DNA of 64,000 nucleotides from Candidatus Latescibacterota bacterium (GTDB lineage: Bacteria; Latescibacterota; UBA2968): the NCBI GenBank assembly GCA_965232265.1, contig CBDDPH010000002.1, positions 350,216 to 414,215 on the forward strand. Reading direction: 5' to 3'. Below, in pieces: positions 27,334-37,523 of the stretch (the stretch's first letter is position 1; every line of letters starts with the position of its first letter). Position numbers and translations under genes: made by a program. The notes beneath the pieces are model-generated. The model was not told the DNA's origin and searched no databases. It saw only the letters and a program-made list of their open reading frames with translations.

Positions 27334-28674
27334 ATGCCCCGACATAAAGATCACATTTTTCACAGAACCCTCAAAAAAGAATGGTCGAAAATATCACACG
27401 GAGAAGGCATTTACCTGTTCGATACGGAAGGAAAGCGCTATCTCGACGCCTGTGCGGGCGTGCATGTCGTCAGTATTGGCCACGGGGTCAAAGAGATCGC
27501 AGAGGTCATGGCCGAACAGGCGGAGAAGGTCTGTTTCACCTACGCCCGGTTCCTCACTCAGCCCCAAATCGACCTGGCGAACAAGATCGCCGACCTCACG
27601 CCGGAAGACCTGAACCGGGTCTTTTTTGTTTCCGGAGGCTCCGAAGCCACAGAGTCGGCCATGAAAATCGCCCGGAAATACCATATCGCAACCGGCAACC
27701 CCGGAAAGTACAGGGTCATCTCCCGGTGGCAGGCCTGGCACGGGAATACGGTTGGCGCCCTCTCCATGTCCGGGCGGTCGCCCTGGCGCGAGGACTATAT
27801 CCCCTACCTGCTGAATTTCCCCCATATCCCGCCGCCCTACCCCTACCGATGCGCCTACTGTAAGGACCACTCGGAATGCCAACTCCACTGTGCAGAGGAA
27901 CTGGAGCGGGTCATCAAACAGGAGGGAAGCGATTCGATCTCCGCCTTTATCGCCGAACCGATCCTCGGCACCTCCGCCGCCGGTGTGACCCCTCCTCAGG
28001 GCTACTACCCGCTCATTCGGGAAATCTGTGACCGGCACAATATCCTGATGATCGTGGATGAGGTCGTCACCGGCTTTGGCAGGACAGGCCGCAACTTCGG
28101 CATCGAACATTGGGATGTGGTACCCGATATTATGGCGACCGGAAAGGGATTGAGCAGCGGCTACACACCCATTGCCGCAACCGTCGTCCACGAAAAGATC
28201 TACAACGCCATCTACAAAGAATCCGTCTCGTTTGCACACGGACACACCTACGGCGGAAACCCCCTTTCCTGCGCCACAGCTCTGGCCGTGCAAAACCACA
28301 TCCAGACGCATGATCTGGTATCGAACTGCGCCCGGATGGGCGACCTGATGCTGGAAAAACTCATGCCCCTGCAGGACCTGCCGATCGTCGGGGGCATACG
28401 CGGGAAGGGCCTGCTGACCGGCATCGAATTTGTGGCCGACAAATCCACCCGTGCCCCCTTCGACCTCTCAAAAGGAGTAACCGCAAGGATCGTGGATTTG
28501 GCTCTCGAAAAAGGAGTACTGGTCATGCCCGGCGCCCCCGGCCTGGTCGATGGTGTCGAAGGCGACCATATCGCCATCAGTCCCCCCTTCACCATCACCG
28601 AATCTGAAGTACAGCACGTTGTCGATGTGATAAGTGAAACCATTGTGGAGGTCTCCGCACAGCTGAGTAAGTAA
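27334..28674 (+). CDS. class III PLP-dependent aminotransferase
   Basis: GEGIYL, SGGSEA, FIAEP, DEVVTGFGRTG, DIMATGKGLSSG, GHTY. Confidence 0.9.
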   Translation: MPRHKDHIFHRTLKKEWSKISHGEGIYLFDTEGKRYLDACAGVHVVSIGHGVKEIAEVMAEQAEKVCFTYARFLTQPQIDLANKIADLTPEDLNRVFFVSGGSEATESAMKIARKYHIATGNPGKYRVISRWQAWHGNTVGALSMSGRSPWREDYIPYLLNFPHIPPPYPYRCAYCKDHSECQLHCAEELERVIKQEGSDSISAFIAEPILGTSAAGVTPPQGYYPLIREICDRHNILMIVDEVVTGFGRTGRNFGIEHWDVVPDIMATGKGLSSGYTPIAATVVHEKIYNAIYKESVSFAHGHTYGGNPLSCATALAVQNHIQTHDLVSNCARMGDLMLEKLMPLQDLPIVGGIRGKGLLTGIEFVADKSTRAPFDLSKGVTARIVDLALEKGVLVMPGAPGLVDGVEGDHIAISPPFTITESEVQHVVDVISETIVEVSAQLSK

Positions 28675-28695
28675 TTCTCGGCATGGAGAGGGAAC

Positions 28696-30297
28696 ATGAC
28701 AGAAAAAGCCCATCGGATCCTCTATGTGAGCGACCCATCCACCATCTCGCGCACGGTATTGCCCGATCCAGTAAGAGAAGCAGACCTCCGCAAATGGGTG
28801 GATATGGTCGCGGACAGCGGGATAGATATATTCAATCAGGAAATATTCTCTCAAGGATGGACGGCCTACTGGCAATCCGAACACTATGAATACGACCAGC
28901 GGCCTCAGCACCAGCGATTCAGACCATTGATCGAAGCGGGCACACAACCACTGGACATCCTCATCGACCAATCGCACCGGCGCGGCATGCAATTTATCGC
29001 TGGCTTCCGCATGAATGACGGCCATGCCGCACACAACCGCAAACAGGGCGTCGGCATTGCCGAATATATCGAATCCAATCCACATCTGCGATTGCACGAC
29101 CCGCGCCCCGGGCAGAACTACCAGGAACCAGAAGCCCTTGACTTCACACATCGAGAAGTTCGAGCATTCACCTATGGCGTCGTAGAAGAAGCCGCCTGCG
29201 GATTTGACATCGACGGCATAGAACTCTGCTTTCGAGACACGGCCTACTTCCCCCCGCACCACGCTGCCGAACGCGCACACCTCATGACAAATCTCATACA
29301 AAATATCCGCACGCGACTGAATGAACGCGGCAAAGAAATCGGCAAAAAACTCATGCTTGGTGCGCGCATATACGCAACGCCAGCCGAATGCGCGAGTCAG
29401 GGCCTGGATATATGCAATTGGATCCAGAATGGATTGCTCGACTACATCAGCCCGCAAGACACGATGTATGCCGACCACAATTTGCCCTATTCGGAATGGG
29501 CGGCACTAACCCGGGAAACAGAGTGTCTGCTCTACCCCGGTTTGCTTCCGTGGAACAGCTACCGCGCGCGCTACCGCCTCGGACGCATCCCCTTGTGCCA
29601 CGCCACCTGCCGCGCACTCGCGCACACCATGTACGGCGCCGGTGCAAATGGCATATCGATCTACAACCATTTTGTACCTTCCGTGTGGCAACCGCCTTTT
29701 TACCCTCAGGGCATGCAAGTCTTCCACCAACTCCGCGACCCCGAGCGCGTCGCGCGCGGCGAACGGCACTACATCTTCGATCCCACCTGGGACGGATTCA
29801 GCGGTTTTGGAGCCAATGGCAGATGCAGCACTGGCGTAACCAACGCACAACAACTTCGACTATCGCGCAGCGAACAGTGCCCCACGGGTGAATTTCGCTT
29901 TCAACTCTTCGAAAACCTGCAACACGCGCACTGCGCGACCCTCCTCTTTCGGGGATTTGGCCTGACCGCGGGCGATGAATTAGACGTGCGTCTCAACGGC
30001 CATGCCATCCCCGACGAAGCCATTGGTCGCACCGCATCCTCTGATCGCGTCACAACCGTAGATTCGACACGGGAAAAAGACGACAGAAACATACCCTGTA
30101 CCGCGCAGGGCGGGCGGATCGAATTTCGCGCACTCGCGGAAAAACCCGTTTTTTCCACGCGCTGGTTTGTCCTATCGGACCCGCTCGTCGAACGCGGCGA
30201 CAACGACCTGTCCATCGCACTCACCAAAAGCGACCCCGAAGCCACATCCCCCACAATTGTAATCGACGAAGTAGAGATATTCGTCGAACCGCAATAA
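28696..30297 (+). CDS. glycoside hydrolase family 10-like (GHL10) TIM-barrel hypothetical protein
   Basis: GFRMNDGH, LDFTHREVR, DIDGIEL, GLDICNWIQNGLLDYI, GANGISIYN. Confidence 0.6.
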   Translation: MTEKAHRILYVSDPSTISRTVLPDPVREADLRKWVDMVADSGIDIFNQEIFSQGWTAYWQSEHYEYDQRPQHQRFRPLIEAGTQPLDILIDQSHRRGMQFIAGFRMNDGHAAHNRKQGVGIAEYIESNPHLRLHDPRPGQNYQEPEALDFTHREVRAFTYGVVEEAACGFDIDGIELCFRDTAYFPPHHAAERAHLMTNLIQNIRTRLNERGKEIGKKLMLGARIYATPAECASQGLDICNWIQNGLLDYISPQDTMYADHNLPYSEWAALTRETECLLYPGLLPWNSYRARYRLGRIPLCHATCRALAHTMYGAGANGISIYNHFVPSVWQPPFYPQGMQVFHQLRDPERVARGERHYIFDPTWDGFSGFGANGRCSTGVTNAQQLRLSRSEQCPTGEFRFQLFENLQHAHCATLLFRGFGLTAGDELDVRLNGHAIPDEAIGRTASSDRVTTVDSTREKDDRNIPCTAQGGRIEFRALAEKPVFSTRWFVLSDPLVERGDNDLSIALTKSDPEATSPTIVIDEVEIFVEPQ

Positions 30298-30332
30298 AAA
30301 ACAGGCCATCAGCTATAGCAGATGGCTCTGTG

Positions 30333-30443
30333 ATGCCAGATTCGGATGTAAAACAACATTTTCCCAATTCTGAATCTGTGAATAAAGCACTCCGATCATT
30401 GCTTGAGAATGATTTGATCTGGATCGCTGAGACATGTGCCTAA
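30333..30443 (+). pseudogene. antitoxin-like C-terminal fragment
   Basis: 36-aa MPDSDVKQHFPNSESVNKALRSLL.. resembles the 'DPDVxxxFPxxxxVNxALR' motif of BrnA-like antitoxins; no N-terminus and no toxin nearby. Confidence 0.45.
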
Positions 30444-30450
30444 CAAGATG

Positions 30451-30482
30451 AAGGGACACTACAAATTGTAGTGTCCCTTTTT
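30451..30482. terminator. intrinsic terminator between convergent units
   Basis: perfect inverted repeat aagggacactacaa-a-ttgtagtgtccctt followed by a T run. Confidence 0.75.
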
Positions 30483-30509
30483 GTATTCAAACCTCACAGT
30501 TGGGATGAC

Positions 30510-31835
30510 CTATCCACCCGCAACCTCATCGAGGGCGTTTCCAACCGCTACAATCAAACCATCGATGTGATCGTCCTGCGTCGGCAAACTAATCGCACAC
30601 ATCGTCAATCCCTGCCCGCAGAAATAGCCCTGATTGAGCAGAGACAGGAACACAGCGTGTGCCATTGCCTTATCCGACTGGGTCAAATCGCGATAATCGT
30701 GCAACCGATCAATACCAAAGTGAATACCGAACACCGACCCCGTCACAACAACCTGCGCCATAACACTCCGTTCGGCAAACAACTCTTCCAGACCGGTCTT
30801 CAGCCGATTCCCCAGACGATTCAGATGCGCGTAAGCCTCGTCCGTCATAGACTCGAGCGTAGCGACCCCCGCAGCCATCGCCACCGCGTGACTGCTGTGG
30901 GTACCACTCTGAAAAACAGGTGCAGCCCTACTGGAATTATCCACCAGATCCATAATATCCGCTCGCCCGCCAAAAGCCCCGACGGGAAACCCACCGCCGA
31001 TCATCTTGCCAAAACACGTCAAATCGGGCTTGACCCCCACATGACTCTGCAAACCGCCCTTCGCCTGACGAAAACCGACAATCTCATCGAGAATCAGCAA
31101 AATGCCGAGTTCCTCGGTAATCGCGCGCACACGCTGAATAAAATCGTGCCGAATCGGAATAATGCCCGCCTTTGGATCGAGAATCACACACGCCAGTTCG
31201 TCCCGGTGGCGCGACAAAAGCCGCTCGACACTCTCCTCATCGTCATAAGGCAAAACAATCATATCCTCAAGCGCGTGCAACGCCATACCCCCCGCGCTGG
31301 GAACGGCATTGGGCGCAGAGGCTTCACCCGCGGATTCCAGGGGCGGAGCAGTACTGATCTCCACAGCATCGTGACTCCCGTGGTAACCGCCCTCAAACTT
31401 CGCGATCTTCGGCCTGCCGCTGAAACACCTCGCCAGCCGGACAGCGTGCAATGTGGCTTCGGTCCCGGAACTGACAAACCGGATGCGATCAACCGAAGAT
31501 ATGCGCTCGCACATCATCCGAGCCAACCGGGTCTCGACACCCGTTGCAGCGCCAAGCGCGATACCATCGACCAACTGCCTCTCCACCGCTTCTACGATCG
31601 CAGGATGGTTATGCCCCAGAACCTGCGCGGTATGGTGATTCGAGAAATCGACATAGGACCTGCCGTCAACATCTTCGAGCACACATCCCTTTCCCCGACG
31701 CAGCGCGATCGGATACGGCGCAAAAAAATAGGCACCCTTGGCGGCGCCGGCATTCACCGATCGACCATCCTCAAACATCTGACGGGACATCGGCGTCAAT
31801 TCGCGGTATCTAACTTCAATAGTCTCTTGCGACAT
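30510..31835 (-). CDS. class III aminotransferase, glutamate-1-semialdehyde aminomutase-like
   Basis: SSGTEAT, FEGGYHG, DEIVGFR, FGKMIGGGFPVGAFGG; catabolic operon context, so not called hemL. Confidence 0.85.
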   Translation of the reverse strand: MSQETIEVRYRELTPMSRQMFEDGRSVNAGAAKGAYFFAPYPIALRRGKGCVLEDVDGRSYVDFSNHHTAQVLGHNHPAIVEAVERQLVDGIALGAATGVETRLARMMCERISSVDRIRFVSSGTEATLHAVRLARCFSGRPKIAKFEGGYHGSHDAVEISTAPPLESAGEASAPNAVPSAGGMALHALEDMIVLPYDDEESVERLLSRHRDELACVILDPKAGIIPIRHDFIQRVRAITEELGILLILDEIVGFRQAKGGLQSHVGVKPDLTCFGKMIGGGFPVGAFGGRADIMDLVDNSSRAAPVFQSGTHSSHAVAMAAGVATLESMTDEAYAHLNRLGNRLKTGLEELFAERSVMAQVVVTGSVFGIHFGIDRLHDYRDLTQSDKAMAHAVFLSLLNQGYFCGQGLTMCAISLPTQDDHIDGLIVAVGNALDEVAGG

Positions 31836-31848
31836 TGCATAACCTCCA

Positions 31849-32598
31849 TCACAATTTCAACAGGCGTCTCGCATTTTCTCCAAGCACCAGGCGCTTTTCG
31901 CAATCGCCAATCCTCGCGGTAATAATCTTCCCCAGTTGTGTTCGCGGATCCATAAGCGGAACATCCGAACCGAAAAGTACGCGATCGGCACCCGCTTCGG
32001 CCACCAGTCTTTCGATCACACCAGGCTCGCGGAAAGTGGAACACGTCTCGACATAAACATTCGAAAACCGCTGCGCCGCCCGGATCGCCTGACTCCTGTA
32101 CGGCTCGGAATTGCCCGCATGCGCGATCACAAAATTCGCATTCGGATAGCGCCCGGCAATATCCTCAACATAAACGGGCCAACACGTCTCTTCCCCACCC
32201 GTGTGCGAAATAATCGCCAGACCGCGATCATCCGCGAACTGATAGACCGGATCCCACACCGGATCGTTCAACAGCCAGCGGGAATAGGGCGGGTAGATCT
32301 TAATCGCCAAAAATCCGAGCGCGTCAATCGCCCGTTCCAACTCCGGCACCATAAATTCGGGCATCAGGGGAGAAACATAGGCAAAACCGATAAACCTCTC
32401 CGGATAGCGACTCACAAAAGCCGCAGTCTGGTCGTTACCCGTCGCGCCATCTGGATGAAAGATATTGAACATACAACAGCGATCAATGCCCACGGCATCC
32501 ATCGCGTGGAGAATCTCGTCGGCATCATCGCCCATCTCAAAAATATCCCATCGACCGACGTGCCCGTGAAAATCGATAATTTCCCAACCGTCAATCAT
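31849..32598 (-). CDS. amidohydrolase family 2 protein
   Basis: IIDFHGH, IKIYP, SHTG, AHAG, LFGSDVP, GENARRL. Confidence 0.85.
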   Translation of the reverse strand: MIDGWEIIDFHGHVGRWDIFEMGDDADEILHAMDAVGIDRCCMFNIFHPDGATGNDQTAAFVSRYPERFIGFAYVSPLMPEFMVPELERAIDALGFLAIKIYPPYSRWLLNDPVWDPVYQFADDRGLAIISHTGGEETCWPVYVEDIAGRYPNANFVIAHAGNSEPYRSQAIRAAQRFSNVYVETCSTFREPGVIERLVAEAGADRVLFGSDVPLMDPRTQLGKIITARIGDCEKRLVLGENARRLLKL

Positions 32599-33337
32599 AG
32601 AGAATCCGCTCCAGATTCGTCGCACAAATCAACCTGAGATCATCTTCTGATATCTCCAGATGATGGAGCGCGAACAGCATCGGACCCATCGCATACCGCG
32701 GAAAAAACGACCCGTACATCAGGCGACTTGCACCAAGCTCCCGAACGAGCTTCTCAATCCCGCAGATATTCTCATAACGGCTGAGTTCGAGAAACGCATT
32801 GGGCAACACCCGCATCATCGGACGGATCATCATCGAATGCGTATAATGCGCGCCGACCAACACAACAGTCAGATCCGGATACCCACCCAGCGTATCGACA
32901 ATCTCTGACGGCGGCGTATCCGCCAGCGAGACCCAGAGGGGAATACCCTCAGCACTCAGCCATGTGAGCAAATCACCATAGAGCCACGAAACAAATGGCA
33001 GCCTGCATTCCTCGGTATTGTGCAGCCGAACGCTCGAAACGACGCCATCCCGATGGAAATCGCACAACTGCCTCAGCGAACCGGAATCGCACCCGGCGAC
33101 CAACTGGGGAACCAGCGCGTCGTTTTGCCCCGTCACCCCTGCGAGCGAATCATTTCCCTGCATCGGACTAATCCATTCGCCTTGAACGGAATAGACAAGC
33201 GCGCGATCAACCCCGTGACGCCCCATCTCTTCGAGCAACTGATCGGATGAATCGACTGGAGATCGCCGGTCGTGGCGATGACCGATCCCGACATTGGCAT
33301 CGAATACGGGAACGCGAGATCTAAAAGACAAAGACAA
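32591..33337 (-). CDS. amidohydrolase-fold protein lacking canonical metal ligands
   Basis: FDANVGIG in place of DxHxH; MYGSFFP in place of FGSD; NLERIL. Confidence 0.7.
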   Translation of the reverse strand: MSLSFRSRVPVFDANVGIGHRHDRRSPVDSSDQLLEEMGRHGVDRALVYSVQGEWISPMQGNDSLAGVTGQNDALVPQLVAGCDSGSLRQLCDFHRDGVVSSVRLHNTEECRLPFVSWLYGDLLTWLSAEGIPLWVSLADTPPSEIVDTLGGYPDLTVVLVGAHYTHSMMIRPMMRVLPNAFLELSRYENICGIEKLVRELGASRLMYGSFFPRYAMGPMLFALHHLEISEDDLRLICATNLERILYD

Positions 33338-33351
33338 ATCGGGTCATCTCC

Positions 33352-33768
33352 TCATTTTCGCGTTACCCGCAACACGCCCTCATCGGCATTCACCACCACG
33401 TGGTCGCCCGTGGCGATCAGCTCAAACGGATCTCGTTCCAACTCTGTCATCATCGGAATCTCATTGACAATACATCCGAGCGCAGCCAATCCATCCACCT
33501 CCACATTGACAAAAGCCGCAGGCGCATTGCCCTCCAACTGTGCCAAATTTAAAACCATAGGCGTACCCGAAGAACCTTTGGTCGAGCGGATAACCAGCAC
33601 GCGCCCCCCCAGAGAAATCCCCTCCAGAGGATGCCCCACGCCGATCACCTTGCCCGTAACTGCATCCACCTCGCCCCAAAACGACAGCGTCGTATCAGCC
33701 ACCAGCGCCTCTCCCTCCGCGTATCCCTTAACCACGCCGTGTCCTCTAATATCAATAGTATCAGCCAT
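33352..33768 (-). CDS. aconitase X small (swivel) subunit, DUF126
   Basis: LSFWGEVD..GHPLEG..KGSSG..GDHVVVNA. Confidence 0.85.
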   Translation of the reverse strand: MADTIDIRGHGVVKGYAEGEALVADTTLSFWGEVDAVTGKVIGVGHPLEGISLGGRVLVIRSTKGSSGTPMVLNLAQLEGNAPAAFVNVEVDGLAALGCIVNEIPMMTELERDPFELIATGDHVVVNADEGVLRVTRK

Positions 33769-35011
33769 CTCCGAGCCACCTCCCGGCAACTGCTGCGCGT
33801 ATGCAATCATCCGTCTTGGCAATAATCACCTCCGCCCCCACCATCCCCCGCGCGTAGTGCGCCTGCTTAAAACCGTGGGTCACAATGCGCTTCGCCGGAA
33901 TCCGCATATTTGTCGGACAGGTATCGCAGAGAATGCGCCCACCAGCCGCCTCGATAATCTCCGTATAGCCCATCCTATCCGCATTCCCCTTCGTACCCCG
34001 CGCCGTATCGATCCACAAGCGCACGCCTTCCGCCACCTTTTTCCCCTTCAACAGCGCGGCAATTTTCGACAATTCATTAATAGACGCATGCGGGCAACCC
34101 AGAATTACCGAATCGATTTCATCTCCCGTGCGCACCCGCAAAGACGCATACGTCTCCCTCAGCGTCTTTGCATCAAACGTCAGATAATCCTCGGGAACAT
34201 CCCCCTGAAAAGCCGCATCTATCGTGGGTGCTTCTGGCGTAACACCCGCGATATGACACATCGTCACCCCGCCCGAAGTCGCCAGCGCCGCACACAGTTG
34301 CTTGGCCTCGTCCTGAGAGGGTCGTCGTATGCCATTGAACACCGGAATACCCAGGCCCGCGGCTTTCCCCGCAAAATAGCCCAGCGCACCCCAATCCGGC
34401 GGATCCTCCAACTCCGCCGTCACCTCTATCCGAAGCGTACCCTTGCGATTCTCATCCAGCAACACGCCAAACTCCGGAACCAGACCCAAAAGCGAGGCGG
34501 CAATCGCGCTCTCCGTACCGTGCCGCGTCGTCCGCGCGCCCAGGATAGAATTGGCATAAACCACCGCAGACGACTCTGTCCACGCCAGAATCTCGTCCTT
34601 GAGCGGCACATTGCCCACCAGATACGGCGCGCAGGTAAAAGTGGGAATAAACCCCGCATCCGCAGCCAGAACCGCCAGATCCTTCTGCATCTGCACCTGT
34701 TCGGGATCATTCTCGGGCACATCCACATCGTCCAGGGTCACAAACGCCGCATGCACCGTACAGGTACATCCGGGATGCGTCCCGTGGGAACACGCTTCCA
34801 CGAGATCCGCCATATATCGGTCCATCGTCTCTTTGGACGCCCCCTGAGCCATCAAATTGGGCACCGGCAGCAAAGCGTGTGTATTATCCACCTTAATCAG
34901 CCGTTTTGCCCCCATCACCTTGCCCCATTCGACCAGCCAGCGCATGCACTTTGCCAGATAATCCCCCCGCGACCCATCCAGAACAGCCTGCTGTTCTCCT
35001 GTCAGTTCCAT
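33761..35011 (-). CDS. aconitase X catalytic subunit, DUF521
   Basis: TFTCAPY, WTESSAVVYANSILGART, GCPH, DTC; ATG 35011 after GAGGAGG. Confidence 0.85.
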   Translation of the reverse strand: MELTGEQQAVLDGSRGDYLAKCMRWLVEWGKVMGAKRLIKVDNTHALLPVPNLMAQGASKETMDRYMADLVEACSHGTHPGCTCTVHAAFVTLDDVDVPENDPEQVQMQKDLAVLAADAGFIPTFTCAPYLVGNVPLKDEILAWTESSAVVYANSILGARTTRHGTESAIAASLLGLVPEFGVLLDENRKGTLRIEVTAELEDPPDWGALGYFAGKAAGLGIPVFNGIRRPSQDEAKQLCAALATSGGVTMCHIAGVTPEAPTIDAAFQGDVPEDYLTFDAKTLRETYASLRVRTGDEIDSVILGCPHASINELSKIAALLKGKKVAEGVRLWIDTARGTKGNADRMGYTEIIEAAGGRILCDTCPTNMRIPAKRIVTHGFKQAHYARGMVGAEVIIAKTDDCIRAAVAGRWLGDG

Positions 35012-35021
35012 AAAACCCTCC

Positions 35022-35897
35022 TCAATTACCGACCGGATCGACACCCGCCATCTCGTAATTCCTGAGCCAGTCGTGGTGGGACCTCGCCACGCTCTCCGGA
35101 TTGACCCGACTTCGAGCGATAAAACCCGGCACATTCTCACGGCCAGTCGGAAGCCCAATGCGGTTATAGCGAACATCCAGACTCCACCTGACGGATTTTG
35201 TCGTATGCGGGGTTGATCGATGCAAAACGCGCTCCATCGTCAACAATACATCGCCCACATCGACCTCGCAGGTCACGACCTCAAAATCCGGAAGATCGCT
35301 TTCAAAGACCCCTTTGAAGTGGGGCGTCCGATAATCATGCGGCAAAAGACCGACCCGATGGGAGCCGCGAAGCACCTGCAAACACCCATTATCCGCCGTC
35401 GCCCTAACCAGTGGGATCCAGAAATTGACGAACAGCGTCTCTCCCGCATCCTCCGGTATGAGATACGCCAGGTCCTGATGCCAAGGTACCACGGTCGCTT
35501 CCAGATCTGGCAATTTGGCGCGCAGATTGGACTGCGGATGGGCAAAAATTTCAGGCCCGATCAGAGATTCCGTCGCATCCAGTATCGCGGGATGCGTCCT
35601 GAGCGCGAACATCCCGGGCGTCTTAAATCTCTTCCCCTGAAAATTCTTCCAGATCCGCCCTGGCTCCGAACAGGCATTTGACACCAGAGCCAATCGGGTC
35701 TCAAAAGACGCCTCGGGAAACGTATCCCCCGGATCGAGCAATCCCTCATCCACCGCCGCACCCACCACCCCGTCAATTTTAGCCACAACTTCATCGACAA
35801 ACGGCTGGTACGCTTCTTTGGGAAGCTGATCGCGGACGATCAAAAAACCATCGTCGTGGAACTGCGCTACCTGTTCCACACTCAGTCCATATTCCAT
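35022..35897 (-). CDS. PhyH-family Fe(II)/2OG dioxygenase
   Basis: FHDDGF, WHQD, NFWIPL, NGCLQVLRGSH, LHRS, RWSLDVRY. Confidence 0.9.
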   Translation of the reverse strand: MEYGLSVEQVAQFHDDGFLIVRDQLPKEAYQPFVDEVVAKIDGVVGAAVDEGLLDPGDTFPEASFETRLALVSNACSEPGRIWKNFQGKRFKTPGMFALRTHPAILDATESLIGPEIFAHPQSNLRAKLPDLEATVVPWHQDLAYLIPEDAGETLFVNFWIPLVRATADNGCLQVLRGSHRVGLLPHDYRTPHFKGVFESDLPDFEVVTCEVDVGDVLLTMERVLHRSTPHTTKSVRWSLDVRYNRIGLPTGRENVPGFIARSRVNPESVARSHHDWLRNYEMAGVDPVGN

Positions 35898-36035
35898 GGG
35901 AAATCCTCCAATAAATTTTTATCCACCGCACCTGATAGCCATTCCAACATTATCCGTTGTTGCTGAGGATCAGAATACTGTGTCAGATAGAGACATCGTT
36001 TTTCTCATCTACCATAACATTGAGTAAAAAGTGTA

Positions 36036-37493
36036 TCACAACAACGCCAATATTTTCCCCACCTCATCCTCAAAAATCATCTGCCACTCAGGCGCCAGCA
36101 TACAATCGCTATCTTCTTGCGCCCCGCCCCGATTTTTGAGTTGTTCTGCCGTTGGCGTATAATAGATATAGCCATTTGTAACACCCGCGACAAAAGTGAA
36201 CTTATGCGGAGACCTTTTCTTAATATTCAGACCGATCTGAACTGACAACTCACCCGGAAACGTCACCAGAACAAAATCCCCAACTCTCAAACCCATCATC
36301 TCAACTTCGATTGTACCCTCTCCAGCAGCCACATTCCGCGCCTGATGTTTTTTGAGCAAATTCAGATTGATCTGGATCCTCGTCAGTTGCTCCATCGCGT
36401 AAATATTCTCAATATACCGGTCCATATTCGCTCTATTTTCGGCATCCAGTTTCTTCAAACCATCTCTCCCCATCATCTCCTCATGCAAATAACGATGAGA
36501 ATAATAAGAAGGAAAATCCCGGGAAAGATGGTATTTCACATACAGAGGAATAAACGCCTTCAAATTGAGACTCGTCCCCTTCAGAGCTTGAAGCAATTGT
36601 ATCTGTTCGGCCTGTAGTGATTCGATATGCCCCGCGAGATCGGCCCTCGGAAGTTCAATGGTCTCACGGATAACCTTCAACTTCCCGCCTTCACCACTGC
36701 GGATCTTTCTCACCCCCTGCAACGTACTGAGACCCAGCATATTCCCCAAAATCTCGGCATCCCGCGGATTATTGACATCCTTGTACAAAATCGGATTGAC
36801 ATCGCCCCCACAACCCTGCAAAAACAGCGCAATCGTATCCTCGCTCAAATTATCCTCAATCACCTTTGACGCAAATCCCGCAATATCCGCCGTATTTTCT
36901 CTGCTCGGCACCTCCAGAATCGGATGACACGCAAAATTGAAAACAATCGCCAGCGTCTCACCATCCTCCCGGTCCAGCCGAAGAATGCCGATCTCCGGAT
37001 CGACTGGCCCAACCGAAGCGACCTCCTCATCGGGCGGAAGCGAATACGCGTGGCGGACATCGGCTTCCTGTCCATTCTTCAGCACGAGCCTGCGATTCTC
37101 CATAATCCTGTCCTCGCAGCCCGTGCCAACACCGATACGTACGGGGACCATATTTTGCCACGCCTCCACAACCGCCTGCACTGTTCGCGCTTCCACATCT
37201 ACACAGACCTTGCCGTGACAATGACTGGCATTGATCAGAATACGCGCGGGATCGAGATTTAACTCCCTGTTCAATTGCGAACGCACATTACCCAGATAGT
37301 CATTTCTGATAGAACCGATCTCAGCTATAGCCACCGCATCTACAGTCACAATAACGGCTGTCTCATCACCAGACCTCAGAACCAGAGCTTTGACATAAAG
37401 GGGATCATTGGCCGGTCCTGCCTCCGGATCGGTTATCACTACCTTTGCAACACCCGCCAGGAGATTTCTCAATGTATTCTCTTTTTGTTTCAT
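36036..37493 (-). CDS. neutral/alkaline ceramidase-like hydrolase
   Basis: DPLYVKAL, NASHCH, NFACHP, LQGCGGD, PGEL, NGYIYYTP; start uncertain (37493 or 37511). Confidence 0.7.
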   Translation of the reverse strand: MKQKENTLRNLLAGVAKVVITDPEAGPANDPLYVKALVLRSGDETAVIVTVDAVAIAEIGSIRNDYLGNVRSQLNRELNLDPARILINASHCHGKVCVDVEARTVQAVVEAWQNMVPVRIGVGTGCEDRIMENRRLVLKNGQEADVRHAYSLPPDEEVASVGPVDPEIGILRLDREDGETLAIVFNFACHPILEVPSRENTADIAGFASKVIEDNLSEDTIALFLQGCGGDVNPILYKDVNNPRDAEILGNMLGLSTLQGVRKIRSGEGGKLKVIRETIELPRADLAGHIESLQAEQIQLLQALKGTSLNLKAFIPLYVKYHLSRDFPSYYSHRYLHEEMMGRDGLKKLDAENRANMDRYIENIYAMEQLTRIQINLNLLKKHQARNVAAGEGTIEVEMMGLRVGDFVLVTFPGELSVQIGLNIKKRSPHKFTFVAGVTNGYIYYTPTAEQLKNRGGAQEDSDCMLAPEWQMIFEDEVGKILALL

Positions 37494-37523
37494 GTCTATA
37501 TTTATTTTCATGTCTATATTTAT
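37488..37523. repeat. perfect 18-bp tandem duplication
   Basis: tttcatgtctatatttat x2. Confidence 0.85.

Noticed and set aside
30510-31835. Naming this gene hemL
   Set aside because: GSA-aminomutase-like, but divergent and in a catabolic operon with no tetrapyrrole genes.
33272-35065. 597-aa plus-strand ORF (also 30471..31922, 28468..29478, 27394..28311)
   Set aside because: Antisense shadows of well-supported genes, with no recognisable motifs.
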